A stretch of 36,275 bases of DNA from Octopus bimaculoides (GCF_001194135.2 NC_068983.1:68792740-68829014), one strand, 5' to 3'. Shown: positions 22,367 to 33,339, numbered from the stretch's first letter. The notes: generated by a model from the letters alone, not told the origin. Translations and numbers: made by a program.

Positions 22367-22458
22367 TTGATATTATAAGAAGGTATTACATATACCTTGA
22401 TATTATAAGAAGGTACTACATGTACCTTGATATTATAAGAAGGTACTACATGTACCTT
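22367..22458. repeat. 30-bp minisatellite x3 (TTGATATTATAAGAAGGTACTACATGTACC)
   Basis: Units at 22367, 22397 and 22427; unit 1 differs at two positions. Confidence 0.97.
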
Positions 22459-22554
22459 CCAGGGTAAGACAGAACACAAAATGTACCACAGGATAATACA
22501 GAATTCACCACTGTAAGCAAATATGGTTGGTAACATTATGTAACAAAATTTGAA

Positions 22555-22912
22555 TTTTTTTTTTTTGTCTTTGGTCAAGAAGTGTTATTTCCTATTTGCT
22601 TCTATCTAGAAATCAAAGGAAATGACTACTATTCCCTTCAAACTTTGCTTTTGTAACCTGGACATCAATGTTTTGAAACTGATCTATTTTCCATTACGTT
22701 TCAGACAGATTCAATGCTGAGTTGCTGAAGCAGAAATATTGTTACAACAAATATTCTGCTTAATACCACAGATTTGCTTGTCAGTTGCTTGACGTTAACC
22801 ACTTGAGCAATGTCCCTTAATGGTTGACAATTAGTGCATCTCTGATCACGAGCAGGTGTAGTGAGGGAGCATCATAGCCCTGTGTTGAGAGGGATTCTTT
22901 GGGGGTTTGAAT
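22555..22912 (-). mobile_element. Retroposon family F, longer copy
   Basis: Poly(T) at 22555-22566, inverted copy of 20738-20973, with additional 5' sequence to about 22912. Confidence 0.85.
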
Positions 22913-23241
22913 AAATCTAACGAAAGCAAAGTTTGAAGGAAATATCAATTTTTCATACTTTCTAAGGGTAAGCAAATAGAAAATGACAGTTGCTGTTCAA
23001 GGACAAAAAAATCGTGTTACACAGTGTAATCTATCGAAATACAGATATTGTACGGTGGTATAGAACTTACTACTGTTGGTTGATAACTTATGGTGGTATA
23101 ATTTACTGCCATGTCACAAAATCCCTCACATGTCAAGTCATTAGCGGCAGTAACTTCGGTTACCAGGATTTTTCAGTACGTAAAATAAATACAGTCACAT
23201 AAATAAAACATATTTCGTATAAATTGCTTTAAAAAATGTTT

Positions 23242-23543
23242 TATTTATGCGCTCTTTTTTAAAGCCTAGCTAGGTTCATGGGCCCGGTTTCCCGGCTTCT
23301 ATGGCATATGTGTTCCCCACCCCCAGCTGGACGGGACGCCAGTTCATCGCAGATTTACTCAAGAAACAGGAAGAAAGAGTGAGAGAAAGTTGCGGCGAAA
23401 GAGTACAACAGGGGTTGCCACCACCCCCTGCCGGAGCCTCGTGGAGCATTTAGTGTTTTCACTCAATAAACACACATAACGCCCGGTCTTGGAATCGAAA
23501 CCGCGAGTCCGCTGCCCTAACCACTGGGCCATTGCGCCTCCAC
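23242..23543 (-). mobile_element. SINE with family B head and a different 3' tail, 13-bp TSD
   Basis: Same head as 13299-13681 up to TTCCTGTTTC, then TTGAGTAAATCTGCGATGAACTGGCGTCCCGTCCAG...; TSD TTAAAAAATGTTT at 23229-23241 and 23544-23556. Confidence 0.9.
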
Positions 23544-24185
23544 TTAAAAAATGTTTACAGTCTTCAATTGGTTCAAAAATAATGCGTCACTTAAGAATTG
23601 TGGTACCCAAGCAAGCTATAAATGGTTCAAGCTGAACTTCATAAATTGCATAAATATATAATATAATAAATAAATAAATAAATACAGAACTTAACATTTG
23701 AATCTGTTCTTACATATTAAAAAATTTGGGGGGAAGGGCGAGAAGATTTTTATATTTATTTCAAAACATTGTTCTAATGTTTATAATTACTCTCAGTGAA
23801 TTACATTTCTAATCAGTAAGTTTTACCGAATTGTATTGAAGCGCAACGTCTGTCTATTGCTGTGTATTTTTTCTAAGAATATAGAGTATAGTAAATATAT
23901 TTAATAAGTTTATTTCTAAGAGGAGATGTAGCATACATAGTCTTTGTTGGCACTCCAAATTATTGAAGTTGATGTGGTTAACGCTCAATTTGAGCACATA
24001 GCAATCGATGTGTTCAGAACATTTGGACAAGTTGGAAATTACAGGTTACAAACGTGGATGGGGAACTGTTGAGAAAAAGCTGTTGGTGCCGGATCTGAAA
24101 AGAATCAGCACATATGTTTTTAGGCTTTTTGTTTTTAGGAGAGGCAGCGATAACTGCCATAGATTATTGTAATAATTGTATATCA

Positions 24186-24530
24186 TTGTTGTTGGCACTC
24201 CGTCGCTTACGACGTCGAGGGTTCCAGTTGATCCGATCAAGGGAACAGCCTGCTCGTGAAATTAACGTGCAAGTGGCTGAGCACTCCACAGACACGTGTA
24301 CCCTTAACGTAGTTCTCGGGGATATTCAGCGTGACACAGTGTGACAAAGCTGACCCTTTGAATTACAGGCACAACAGAAACAGGAAGAAAGAGTGAGAGA
24401 AAGTTGTGGTGAAAGAGTACAGCAGAGTTCACCACCATCCCCTGCCGGAGCCTCGTGGAGCTTTAGGTGTCTTCGCTCAATAAACACTCACAACGCCCTG
24501 TTTGGGAAACGAAACCGCGATCCTATGACC
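24186..24530 (-). mobile_element. SINE family B (head lost in the gap)
   Basis: Near-identical to 13303-13640. Confidence 0.92.
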
Positions 24531-24798
24531 NNNNNNNNNNNNNNNNNNNNNNNNNNNNNNNNNNNNNNNNNNNNNNNNNNNNNNNNNNNNNNNNNNNNNN
24601 NNNNNNNNNNNNNNNNNNNNNNNNNNNNNNNNNNNNNNNNNNNNNNNNNNNNNNNNNNNNNNNNNNNNNNNNNNNNNNNNNNNNNNNNNNNNNNNNNNNN
24701 NNNNNNNNNNNNNNNNNNNNNNNNNNNNNNNNNNNNNNNNNNNNNNNNNNNNNNNNNNNNNNNNNNNNNNNNNNNNNNNNNNNNNNNNNNNNNNNNNN

Positions 24799-25600
24799 AT
24801 GAAATGCTTCAGACTGCTTATGAATTAACTTGTATGAGCCGAGTATCTGCTTTTGCTGGCACATCTAGAGGTTCACGAGCGGTAGAGAGAAGGTGAAAAA
24901 CGATGAGGGGTGATGGAGGGAGCGGGACGTCAGAATATCAGAAATAGTTGAGATAAAATTTGCAATTTTCTGGATGAAGACCACCATATGTCTATAAAGA
25001 CAATCAGCACACGGTTTTGAGTTGGTGTAGCAACTGTACACAGAATTATTTATGAAGATCTGAACGTCTGCGTATTTGCGTAAAGTCTGTTTCCGGGTGC
25101 TTAGTGACGAACAGAAAGAAAGACCCGTTGGTGACAGCAGGAACATAGTTGAGTTCGTTACCTCCAATCCAAGAGTACTTGAGTCTCTGGTGGCCTGTGA
25201 TGGAAGCTGGATTAACTGTAATGATCCAGACACTAATAGGAAGAGTGCTCCATGGAAGCATCCTGGATCCTCCAGACCCATGACGGTCAGGCAAAGCAAG
25301 TCCACCGGGATGATCCCCTTTTTCGACAGCAAGGACACATCTACATCCAATGGGTTCCCTCTGACCAGACCGTTAACAAAGTGTCTTTGTGGACGTTTTG
25401 AGGCAGTTCAGGAAGAGATTTCATTGCAAAAGGCTTGAGCGCTTCCACTCGGATCGGTAGCACCTTCACCAGGATAATGCACCAGTTCACAATTCCATCC
25501 TGGTACCAACTACTTGACAGAGATGGGCATCAAAAAATTCCCCACCTCCCTACAATCCAGACCTTGCTCTCCGTGCTTTGGGTTGTTCTCCAAGGGACAA
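24799..25600 (+). pseudogene. Mariner (DD34D) transposase pseudogene
   Basis: EMLQTAY, GVATVHRIIYEDL, MRKVCFRVLSDEQKE, LVACDGSWINCNDP (first D), PFFDSK, DQTVNK, HQDNAPVH (second D), PDLAL; several frameshifts. Confidence 0.9.
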
Positions 25601-25604
25601 AAGA

Positions 25605-25710
25605 GATAGGAAAGATATTACGCTCGTGATCAACAGCTGCCCCAAAATGCCATTAAGTTACCATCTCCTATTGCAGCATAATGTTATTGCGAAAACAATA
25701 TACAATGCTA
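25605..25710 (+). pseudogene. Fragment of an RLE-type non-LTR retrotransposon (R4/NeSL-like), post zinc-knuckle region
   Basis: DITLVINSCPKMPLSYHLLLQHNVIAKTIYNAI resembles the ET..HI.SGC..L....Y..RH(N/D).VA..I pattern. Confidence 0.4.
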
Positions 25711-26604
25711 TCTATTTTATTCGGGTGGATCCTCATAGCCATTCGATGTTTAAGAAACCAGTTTTATAAAAACTTCTTTCAAAATTCCTATTTTGTTTTT
25801 CACATATTAACTTGTGTAGGTTGAACTATGTAAAATGTTAGAGAAAGAAACCTAGATGTTTCTTGCAATACATACCAATACATACATCTAAAGAAAATTT
25901 TTTCAAGGGCCCTTAAAATACTATTGTGGATCCCCAATTTTCTATTTTGTTGCGTTCAATCCCACCCCACCAAATTTTATATGGATCCTCCGGGCTATAT
26001 TGGTTTCGGCTGAGAACCACAATGAGAGAACCAATCAGTATCATTGTTTTCCGTACAGGTTTGTAGCAGATGAAGGGATATTGCGGATTATATTATCTTT
26101 AAAGCGGATTTTCTCTACAGAATATCTCAAATCTTGGTATTAATACTGGACCTGTAAATGCTTTGTGGGATAATGTCTTGTAGGAGGAAATCTCCGACTA
26201 CCATATTTTTCAAGTCTCGTAAAATATTAGGTAACTCTTTGTCCACAGTACTTTTGTCTGATGTATTTTCATTAATACGTATTTGTAGAATTTGTCGCGT
26301 GAATCATGAGAAACCGAAAGACCAATGATGAGAATATTTTTGGTTTGGAGAACGGTTTCTGCGTTCAGTTATCAAATATCGCCAACTTCCATCTCCACAT
26401 CAGAAAATGCAACTAAATCCAGTTATTTTTCAACATTGTACATTTTTCGGGTATAGATCTTGAAATCGACTACAAAGAAATTATGGGTTACTCTGGTGTC
26501 TCTTACTGTTATAGACCTTAGCATATGGTCAGTGGATTTTCCTAAAATGAAAAGAAGTGCAGACAGACTGTCTCTGGAATATTACCTTTAAGATATTTAT
26601 ATCA

Positions 26605-26800
26605 GAGATATGAATATATGTACGTACGTACTTACTTATGTATGTATGTATGTATGTATGTATGTATGTTATCAATCAGTTTCATTTCTGTATTTCTTGT
26701 CCATAGAGAAAGAGCCGGACTCTAACATAGATTCAAGGCTCCTGTATGTATGTATGTATGTATGTATGTACGTGTACGCGTGTGAGCGTGTGCATACATT
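26605..26800. repeat. (TATG)n tracts
   Basis: Direct reading. Confidence 0.85.
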
Positions 26801-26882
26801 CATAGAGTAATGTATATGTTTGATGTGGATTTACTCATTTCTTTCATGGTATTCTTTCGGCTCCACTCCTTCGTCTCTCCTT

Positions 26883-26950
26883 CCCACCACGTTACCGCCA
26901 CCACCACCACCACCGTTGCCGCCACCGCCGCCGCCACCGCCGCCTCCGCA
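26883..26950. repeat. (CCA/CCG)n degenerate repeat
   Basis: Direct reading. Confidence 0.85.
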
Positions 26951-27374
26951 TCGTTATCATTAAGTGCATATCGGCTTTATCGGCTAATAAAAAAATAATC
27001 TCGAGTTTGTTTAATTTCCTTTTCCTTAATTAATATCTTGCTAATTAATATTTATCTAATTCTCTAATGCTGGTTAATGTATTAATTCCATTAATTTGAA
27101 AGTTCGGCAGACAAGAATACGATTGGTTGTTAGCCAGAACACGTCAGCAATGTTATTTCCTTTGCAGCTGTCTCATTGCTATGACATCCTATAATTAATA
27201 TGAGATTCTATGAGGAATTCATGAGCAGTGAAAAACAGTTGCAAAGGTTTGAGACGTGTTCCAGGGGAATCGAAGACCGCATCACGGTTTCTATACTTGC
27301 TTGGTGTCGATAGTACGCAATTGGGAAAATCACGAATGACGCTGCTGTCCATTTTCCTGGTTAAAAGTGCCTAT

Positions 27375-27530
27375 GTGCAGGAGTGACTGTGTGGTAAGAA
27401 ACTTGCTTCCCAACCACATGGTTCCAGGTTCATTCCCACTGCGTGGCACCTTGTGTCTTCTGCTATAGCCTCGGCCGACCAAAGCCTTGTGAGTGGATTT
27501 GGTAGATGGAAACTGAAACAAGCCCGTCGA
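27375..27530 (+). mobile_element. SINE family A, 5' module only
   Basis: gtgcaggagtgactgtgtggtaag ... ggttcattcccactgcgtggcacc ... aagcccgtcg. Confidence 0.88.
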
Positions 27531-27547
27531 TTTCACCACCACCATCT

Positions 27548-27597
27548 TCAGTAGCAGCAGCAGCTGTAGTAGTCGCTATCTTCATCGTAGTAGTAAT

Positions 27598-27629
<32 letters not shown>

Positions 27630-27638
27630 TAGTAGTAG
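27548..27638. repeat. (AGC)n/(AGT)n compound repeat
   Basis: Direct reading. Confidence 0.9.
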
Positions 27639-27837
27639 AACAGTGGCGTATTACTGGAAAATGGTCATTCCCCTAACATTAACCCATTTTATTTTAATCA
27701 GTAACATGTCGTTGTTATAATCAATCTTTTTGTTTTAATTATTCTTTGTTTTTATAATTCATTTTTATATATATCTACTTTTTAATCACGATCATCCCTA
27801 ATCAAATCATTAATTGCTGCCGAACGAAGTGAAACGA

Positions 27838-27900
<63 letters not shown>

Positions 27901-27950
27901 CACACGCAAGCACGCATGCGCACGTATGTATGTACGTATGTATGTTTGCA
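27838..27950. repeat. (GCAC)n then (GTAT)n
   Basis: Direct reading. Confidence 0.92.
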
Positions 27951-27998
27951 TGCATGTTTTTATGTTTAGGAGTAAAATATTTTAATCGGCAAATAAAG

Positions 27999-28998
27999 NN
28001 NNNNNNNNNNNNNNNNNNNNNNNNNNNNNNNNNNNNNNNNNNNNNNNNNNNNNNNNNNNNNNNNNNNNNNNNNNNNNNNNNNNNNNNNNNNNNNNNNNNN
28101 NNNNNNNNNNNNNNNNNNNNNNNNNNNNNNNNNNNNNNNNNNNNNNNNNNNNNNNNNNNNNNNNNNNNNNNNNNNNNNNNNNNNNNNNNNNNNNNNNNNN
28201 NNNNNNNNNNNNNNNNNNNNNNNNNNNNNNNNNNNNNNNNNNNNNNNNNNNNNNNNNNNNNNNNNNNNNNNNNNNNNNNNNNNNNNNNNNNNNNNNNNNN
28301 NNNNNNNNNNNNNNNNNNNNNNNNNNNNNNNNNNNNNNNNNNNNNNNNNNNNNNNNNNNNNNNNNNNNNNNNNNNNNNNNNNNNNNNNNNNNNNNNNNNN
28401 NNNNNNNNNNNNNNNNNNNNNNNNNNNNNNNNNNNNNNNNNNNNNNNNNNNNNNNNNNNNNNNNNNNNNNNNNNNNNNNNNNNNNNNNNNNNNNNNNNNN
28501 NNNNNNNNNNNNNNNNNNNNNNNNNNNNNNNNNNNNNNNNNNNNNNNNNNNNNNNNNNNNNNNNNNNNNNNNNNNNNNNNNNNNNNNNNNNNNNNNNNNN
28601 NNNNNNNNNNNNNNNNNNNNNNNNNNNNNNNNNNNNNNNNNNNNNNNNNNNNNNNNNNNNNNNNNNNNNNNNNNNNNNNNNNNNNNNNNNNNNNNNNNNN
28701 NNNNNNNNNNNNNNNNNNNNNNNNNNNNNNNNNNNNNNNNNNNNNNNNNNNNNNNNNNNNNNNNNNNNNNNNNNNNNNNNNNNNNNNNNNNNNNNNNNNN
28801 NNNNNNNNNNNNNNNNNNNNNNNNNNNNNNNNNNNNNNNNNNNNNNNNNNNNNNNNNNNNNNNNNNNNNNNNNNNNNNNNNNNNNNNNNNNNNNNNNNNN
28901 NNNNNNNNNNNNNNNNNNNNNNNNNNNNNNNNNNNNNNNNNNNNNNNNNNNNNNNNNNNNNNNNNNNNNNNNNNNNNNNNNNNNNNNNNNNNNNNNNN
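27999..28998. other. Assembly gap (1000 N), largest of ten
   Basis: N run. Confidence 1.
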
Positions 28999-29599
28999 AT
29001 ACACACACACAGAGGGTGCGATGGGCAAATTGCTGCCCTTTTATATTTTTTATTTCCTATTTAATAGGAACGGAATAAAACAAGTTTCGTGCAAATCGGA
29101 CTAGTAGTTTTTGAGATATTAGCGGTTTTCAGGGTATAAATACCCAGAAACGGTGCATGATGGGAAAATATTCCGAAAATAACTTAATCCTGAAAGAGAA
29201 GAAACTCTTACCTTTCGATTAGACAGTAATTTGACAATGAAAAAGTACGATTTGTTTTTTTACAGTAAATGTTTCTATTTTCGCTTTTGTTAAACACAAT
29301 ATTTTAATCATTTAGAAATATCTTTAAGTGAATGTGATTTCAAACATGTAAGTTGTTTATATAGAACGTATTTGTATTTTAGTTTTCTTTAAACAGGCTA
29401 TATTTTAATGTTTTTTAAAAATTATTTTCAAGTGAATACCATTACAAAAATTTTGTTTCGCATATTCAAAAAATATTTTTAAGTGGAAATGACTTTAAAA
29501 ATACGGTAAATATTTCGTAAAACACCCATTCATAACCTCGGTGTGAAATAATTTTTTTTCTATAGGATTTTTTGAGCGCATTCAACGTATCTCACCTCC

Positions 29600-29720
29600 A
29601 AAGATTTGGCTGCTATTTCCAGCACACCCTGCTACCACATAACAGCTTTTTGCGATAAAAAAAACTCGAAATACCTGTTACGTGGTAGCAGGCCATGCAA
29701 TTAATAGCAGCCAAATCTTT
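29600..29720. other. 46-bp imperfect inverted repeat (hairpin)
   Basis: Arms 29600-29645 and 29675-29720 pair in register at 38 of 46 positions. Confidence 0.85.
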
Positions 29721-29939
29721 CATTTTCTTGGGAAAGGATCCGTTTACGCATGATTTCAATGTCACATTCGTTGAAAGTATGCGAAATAACCTGGAAAAAA
29801 ACCCCCAAAAACCCCACGAAACAAAACTCCGTTGCTGGGAAACTCAGACTTTCCCCGTGACCCAACGGGTCGCGGGTAGTCTAGTCATTAAAAAAAATAA
29901 TGGCTTCTAACATACACACAAGGTCTCACATTTTGCAGT

Positions 29940-30110
29940 TGATTATATCGACTTAACTAGTCGATATAATTACTTAACTAGTATTTTATTTTATTGACAC
30001 CAGGCAGACGAAGGGGAGAAAGGGCATTTGAACTCTGAACGTAAAGATTAGAAGTTGATACTGCCAGACATATTGTACGACGCTCTAACAATTCTGCTAA
30101 TTCACTACTG
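29940..30110 (-). mobile_element. SINE family C remnant
   Basis: atttgaactctgaacgtaaag ... gacgctctaacaattctgctaattcact matches the reversed family C head. Confidence 0.6.
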
Positions 30111-31019
30111 TAATAATAATTGTCTTAAAATAAAATGCCAGACTAGAAATTTGGCCGGAGAGAAATTGTTATTTATATTGACTCTAGTACTTGACTAGCA
30201 TATACAAGTCATCTTTTAAATTGTTGGTGTACATCGTGCAAATAATGATTTATTAATATTGGACAATGTGGTTTCAAATATAAAAATAAATGCGAAATGA
30301 TCACGGCTAGAAGGCCTTTGATCATAGATAAAGTATGCTCGATCAGGACTGATCGGCTGCTTAAACATCTAGGAAGAATGTAAATTTATAACCAGCCAAA
30401 GTGAAGTAGTTTTGCACGAAAATATCACACAACCGGTCAGTCAATTGGTAGCAATACAGAAAGCTTACTAGTTAGTTCGTAAGCTTCCAAATCGACCGAC
30501 GGCGACACAACCAGCTGTGACATTTCTGTTATAAGAGCAGTCAAAAGAAATTATTTCACGTTTGAGCGATTCAGCTACACACTGCTTGCTGTGTTGACTG
30601 TGAAATGAAGTAGCGGTAACAGTTAATTGTTAAACTCCATGTTGGAGTTTGTTAACAATTAAGGTTAAGACATTCATTGCTGTTCCAGTATTGTTTGAGG
30701 TGACAGTTGACATGGGCGACACATGAATGCTACGGTGACAGTTGGCGTTTGTTACATGACAAATGTTTTGTTTGTTAAGAAACATATTGACGGCGGTTCT
30801 GCTGCTCATTCAAACGTCACACATCTCATTTAAGTCCTCCCTCACAGTAGGTGTTGTGTGTTTATGTGTTCAGTGTGTTTGTCTGTCTGCCGTCCCCACC
30901 TCTCTCTCTCTCTCTCTCTCTTTATATATATGTAACGTAGATAATTTAGATATGTTTCGGCCAAACATTGGCCTAGGCCATGTCTAATTTAATAGCACCA
31001 CCTAATAAGATTTGATAAG

Positions 31020-31021
31020 TC

Positions 31022-31086
<65 letters not shown>
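31020..31086. repeat. (CA)n microsatellite
   Basis: Direct reading. Confidence 0.95.
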
Positions 31087-31089
<3 letters not shown>

Positions 31090-31857
31090 TGCCCTAAAAG
31101 TGTATACATACATTAAATGATTTTAAAGGCAGTGTTTATTAAAATACATTTCATTTTCAAAATTTAGCACAATCTACAGACAGGATTTCATTTGTTTAAT
31201 GAACGCCTTTTTTCAAACTAATGATCGTTCTGCATCAGGCACTGCGGATAACGTGAAACAATGGAATCGCAAATATCAAGAAACATTTCGTTTTCTATTT
31301 GTGCACGTTCTAATTCAGTGGCTACCCTCAATTTCTGGTGATAGTTTTGTACCGTTAACTTTATCGTTTAAGTATTCCGATACAAAAAATGGTATGCGGC
31401 AAGCGCAAATGATATTCTACTGAACCACTCTGGACAGTTCTCCAGATGGGCAGAATCTCATTCAGGCAGGCCCTTTCATTACTATGGTAGTGCAGAGGTG
31501 CCCCATCTTACTGGAAATAAAACTCCACATCTTCAAATTCCTATTGAATGCTTGACCTAACAAACTGTAGTAGCAGGTTCAAGTAAATGGAACTAGTCAC
31601 AGTACCGCCAAAAAAAGAGAATGATTCAATTAATCCTTTTGGTGAAAAGCTGCATCATATTGTAACTCCTGGTAAATTAATATGATATTCCTCCGTGATA
31701 AGCGGATTTTTAGGAGCAATTCTGATGATTAATTGAGCTATTCAATTGAAACGTAGCTTCATTACTCCAAATAATCTTTGTTGGAAACTATGTATCTACT
31801 ATACATTTTGCTAAACACCACTCACAAAAGCCCAATTCTCGCTCCGGATATTCATTA
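31085..31857 (-). pseudogene. Tc1/mariner-superfamily transposase pseudogene, rosa/DD41D-like
   Basis: Minus strand NEYPERELGFCEWCLAKC..FPTKIIWSNEATFQLN, NLPGVTI, GTVTSSIYLNLL, FYFQ*DGAPLHYH, SVEY, YLNDKV, EMFLDICDSIVSRYPQC...FEKRR; TIR-like cactgtgccctaaaag at 31085. Confidence 0.85.
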
Positions 31858-32419
31858 TATGTATGTATGTATGTATACACACATATATGTATCTATGTAT
31901 GTATGTATATATACATACATATNNNNNNNNNNNNNNNNNNNNNNNNNNNNNNNNNNNNNNNNNNNNNNNNNNNNNNNNNNNNNNNNNNNNNNNNNNNNNN
32001 NNNNNNNNNNNNNNNNNNNNNNNNNNNNNNNNNNNNNNNNNNNNNNNNNNNNNNNNNNNNNNNNNNNNNNNNNNNNNNNNNNNNNNNNNNNNNNNNNNNN
32101 NNNNNNNNNNNNNNNNNNNNNNNNNNNNNNNNNNNNNNNNNNNNNNNNNNNNNNNNNNNNNNNNNNNNNNNNNNNNNNNNNNNNNNNNNNNNNNNNTATA
32201 TATAACTTACTTGGAAATGGATGCGTGGCGTTCGATCATATAATAATATCAATAATATATTTATATAAGCATATATACATGCATACTTGTACATACCTAC
32301 ATATATATGTATATACATATGCATATATATCTAGGTATGTACCTGTATGTATGTATATATGCATATATATATTGTATATTATACACTTATACACACACAC
32401 ACACACACACACACATATG

Positions 32420-32610
32420 AATTCGACACAATTTTTCTCTCTCCGTTTTTTCCGTTCTCTCTCCATTTTCTCTCTTATTCCTTTCTGTTGAAGAGCGTAG
32501 GCTCGAAATGCAAAAGACTTTTTCATTTTCCCGAGCGTTAAACTAATGCACTTGCTTGTTGTTCATACACCTGTCTTCGTCTTTTGTTTTTCTATAAATT
32601 TCAACTATAT
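32420..32610 (+). mobile_element. Repeat family P copy 2 (decayed hammerhead motif at 32481-32518)
   Basis: CTTT-CTGTTGA-A-GAGC-GTAG-GCTC-GAAA-TG-CA-AAAGAC, then TTCCCGAGCGTTAAACTAAT, ending in (TA)n. Confidence 0.8.
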
Positions 32611-32616
32611 ATATAT

Positions 32617-33058
32617 GTTAGGGCAGCGGACTCTTGGTCGTAAGATCGCGGTTTCGATTCCCAGACCGGGCATTGTGAGTGTTTATTGAGCGAAAATACC
32701 TACAGCTCTACGAGGCTCCGGGAGGGAGTGGTGGCAAACCCTGCTGTACTCTTTCACCACAACTTTCTTTCGCTCTTTCTTCCTGTTTCTGTTGTACCTG
32801 TATTTCAAAGGTCACGCTGAATCTCTCCCGAGAACTACGTTNNNNNNNNNNTACTCTTTCACCACAACTTTCTTTCGCTCTTTCTTCCTGTTTCTGTTGT
32901 ACCTGTATTTCAAAGGTCACGCTGAATCTCTCCCGAGAACTACGTTAAGGGTACACGTGTCTGTGGAGGCTCAGCCACTTGCACGTTAATTTCACAAGCA
33001 GGCTGTTCCGTTGATCGGATCAACTGGAACCCTCGTCATCGTAACCGACGGAATGCCA
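32617..33058 (+). mobile_element. SINE family B, 5'-truncated, with gap-flanking duplicate
   Basis: Matches 34941-35325; lacks the ggccagccttgtcacactgt segment; 32747-32841 is repeated at 32852-32946 across a 10-N gap. Confidence 0.9.
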
Positions 33059-33339
33059 CGATATATATCCCAACACCCTCACATTACACCACGCTGCAGC
33101 ATATCACACAACACATCACTTCACAACACGCCACCACGCACACACTAGCACTGACCAATTACCATCCCCACATTTTCACACCTTCACACCTACATACACA
33201 CATACATACGTTAAGATCACCAGCATTCTCTCACAAACACGCAGCTTCTCGTCTTGGGTTCACTACTTCTTTGTTATCTCCCCTTTTTCTAAGCTCTCCT
33301 GTGTGATCCTTCTGTCCGGCATTCGCCATGATAGATCGC

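Noticed and set aside
3429-22458. CRISPR-like arrays at 3429-3508 and 22367-22458
   Set aside because: Hairpin-containing units are contiguous with no unique spacers, there are no cas genes, and the context is eukaryotic.
24799-25600. Domesticated SETMAR-like gene
   Set aside because: Multiple frameshifts and stops, altered catalytic motifs and no SET domain; an ordinary dead mariner.
30945-30995. Hammerhead-like GGCCAA-TGT-TTGGCC-GAAAC on the minus strand
   Set aside because: A helix II and GAAAC are present, but no recognisable CUGANGA core or helix I register.
32747-32946. 95-bp direct duplication inside SINE B
   Set aside because: Identical copies flank a 10-N gap; most likely an assembly artefact.
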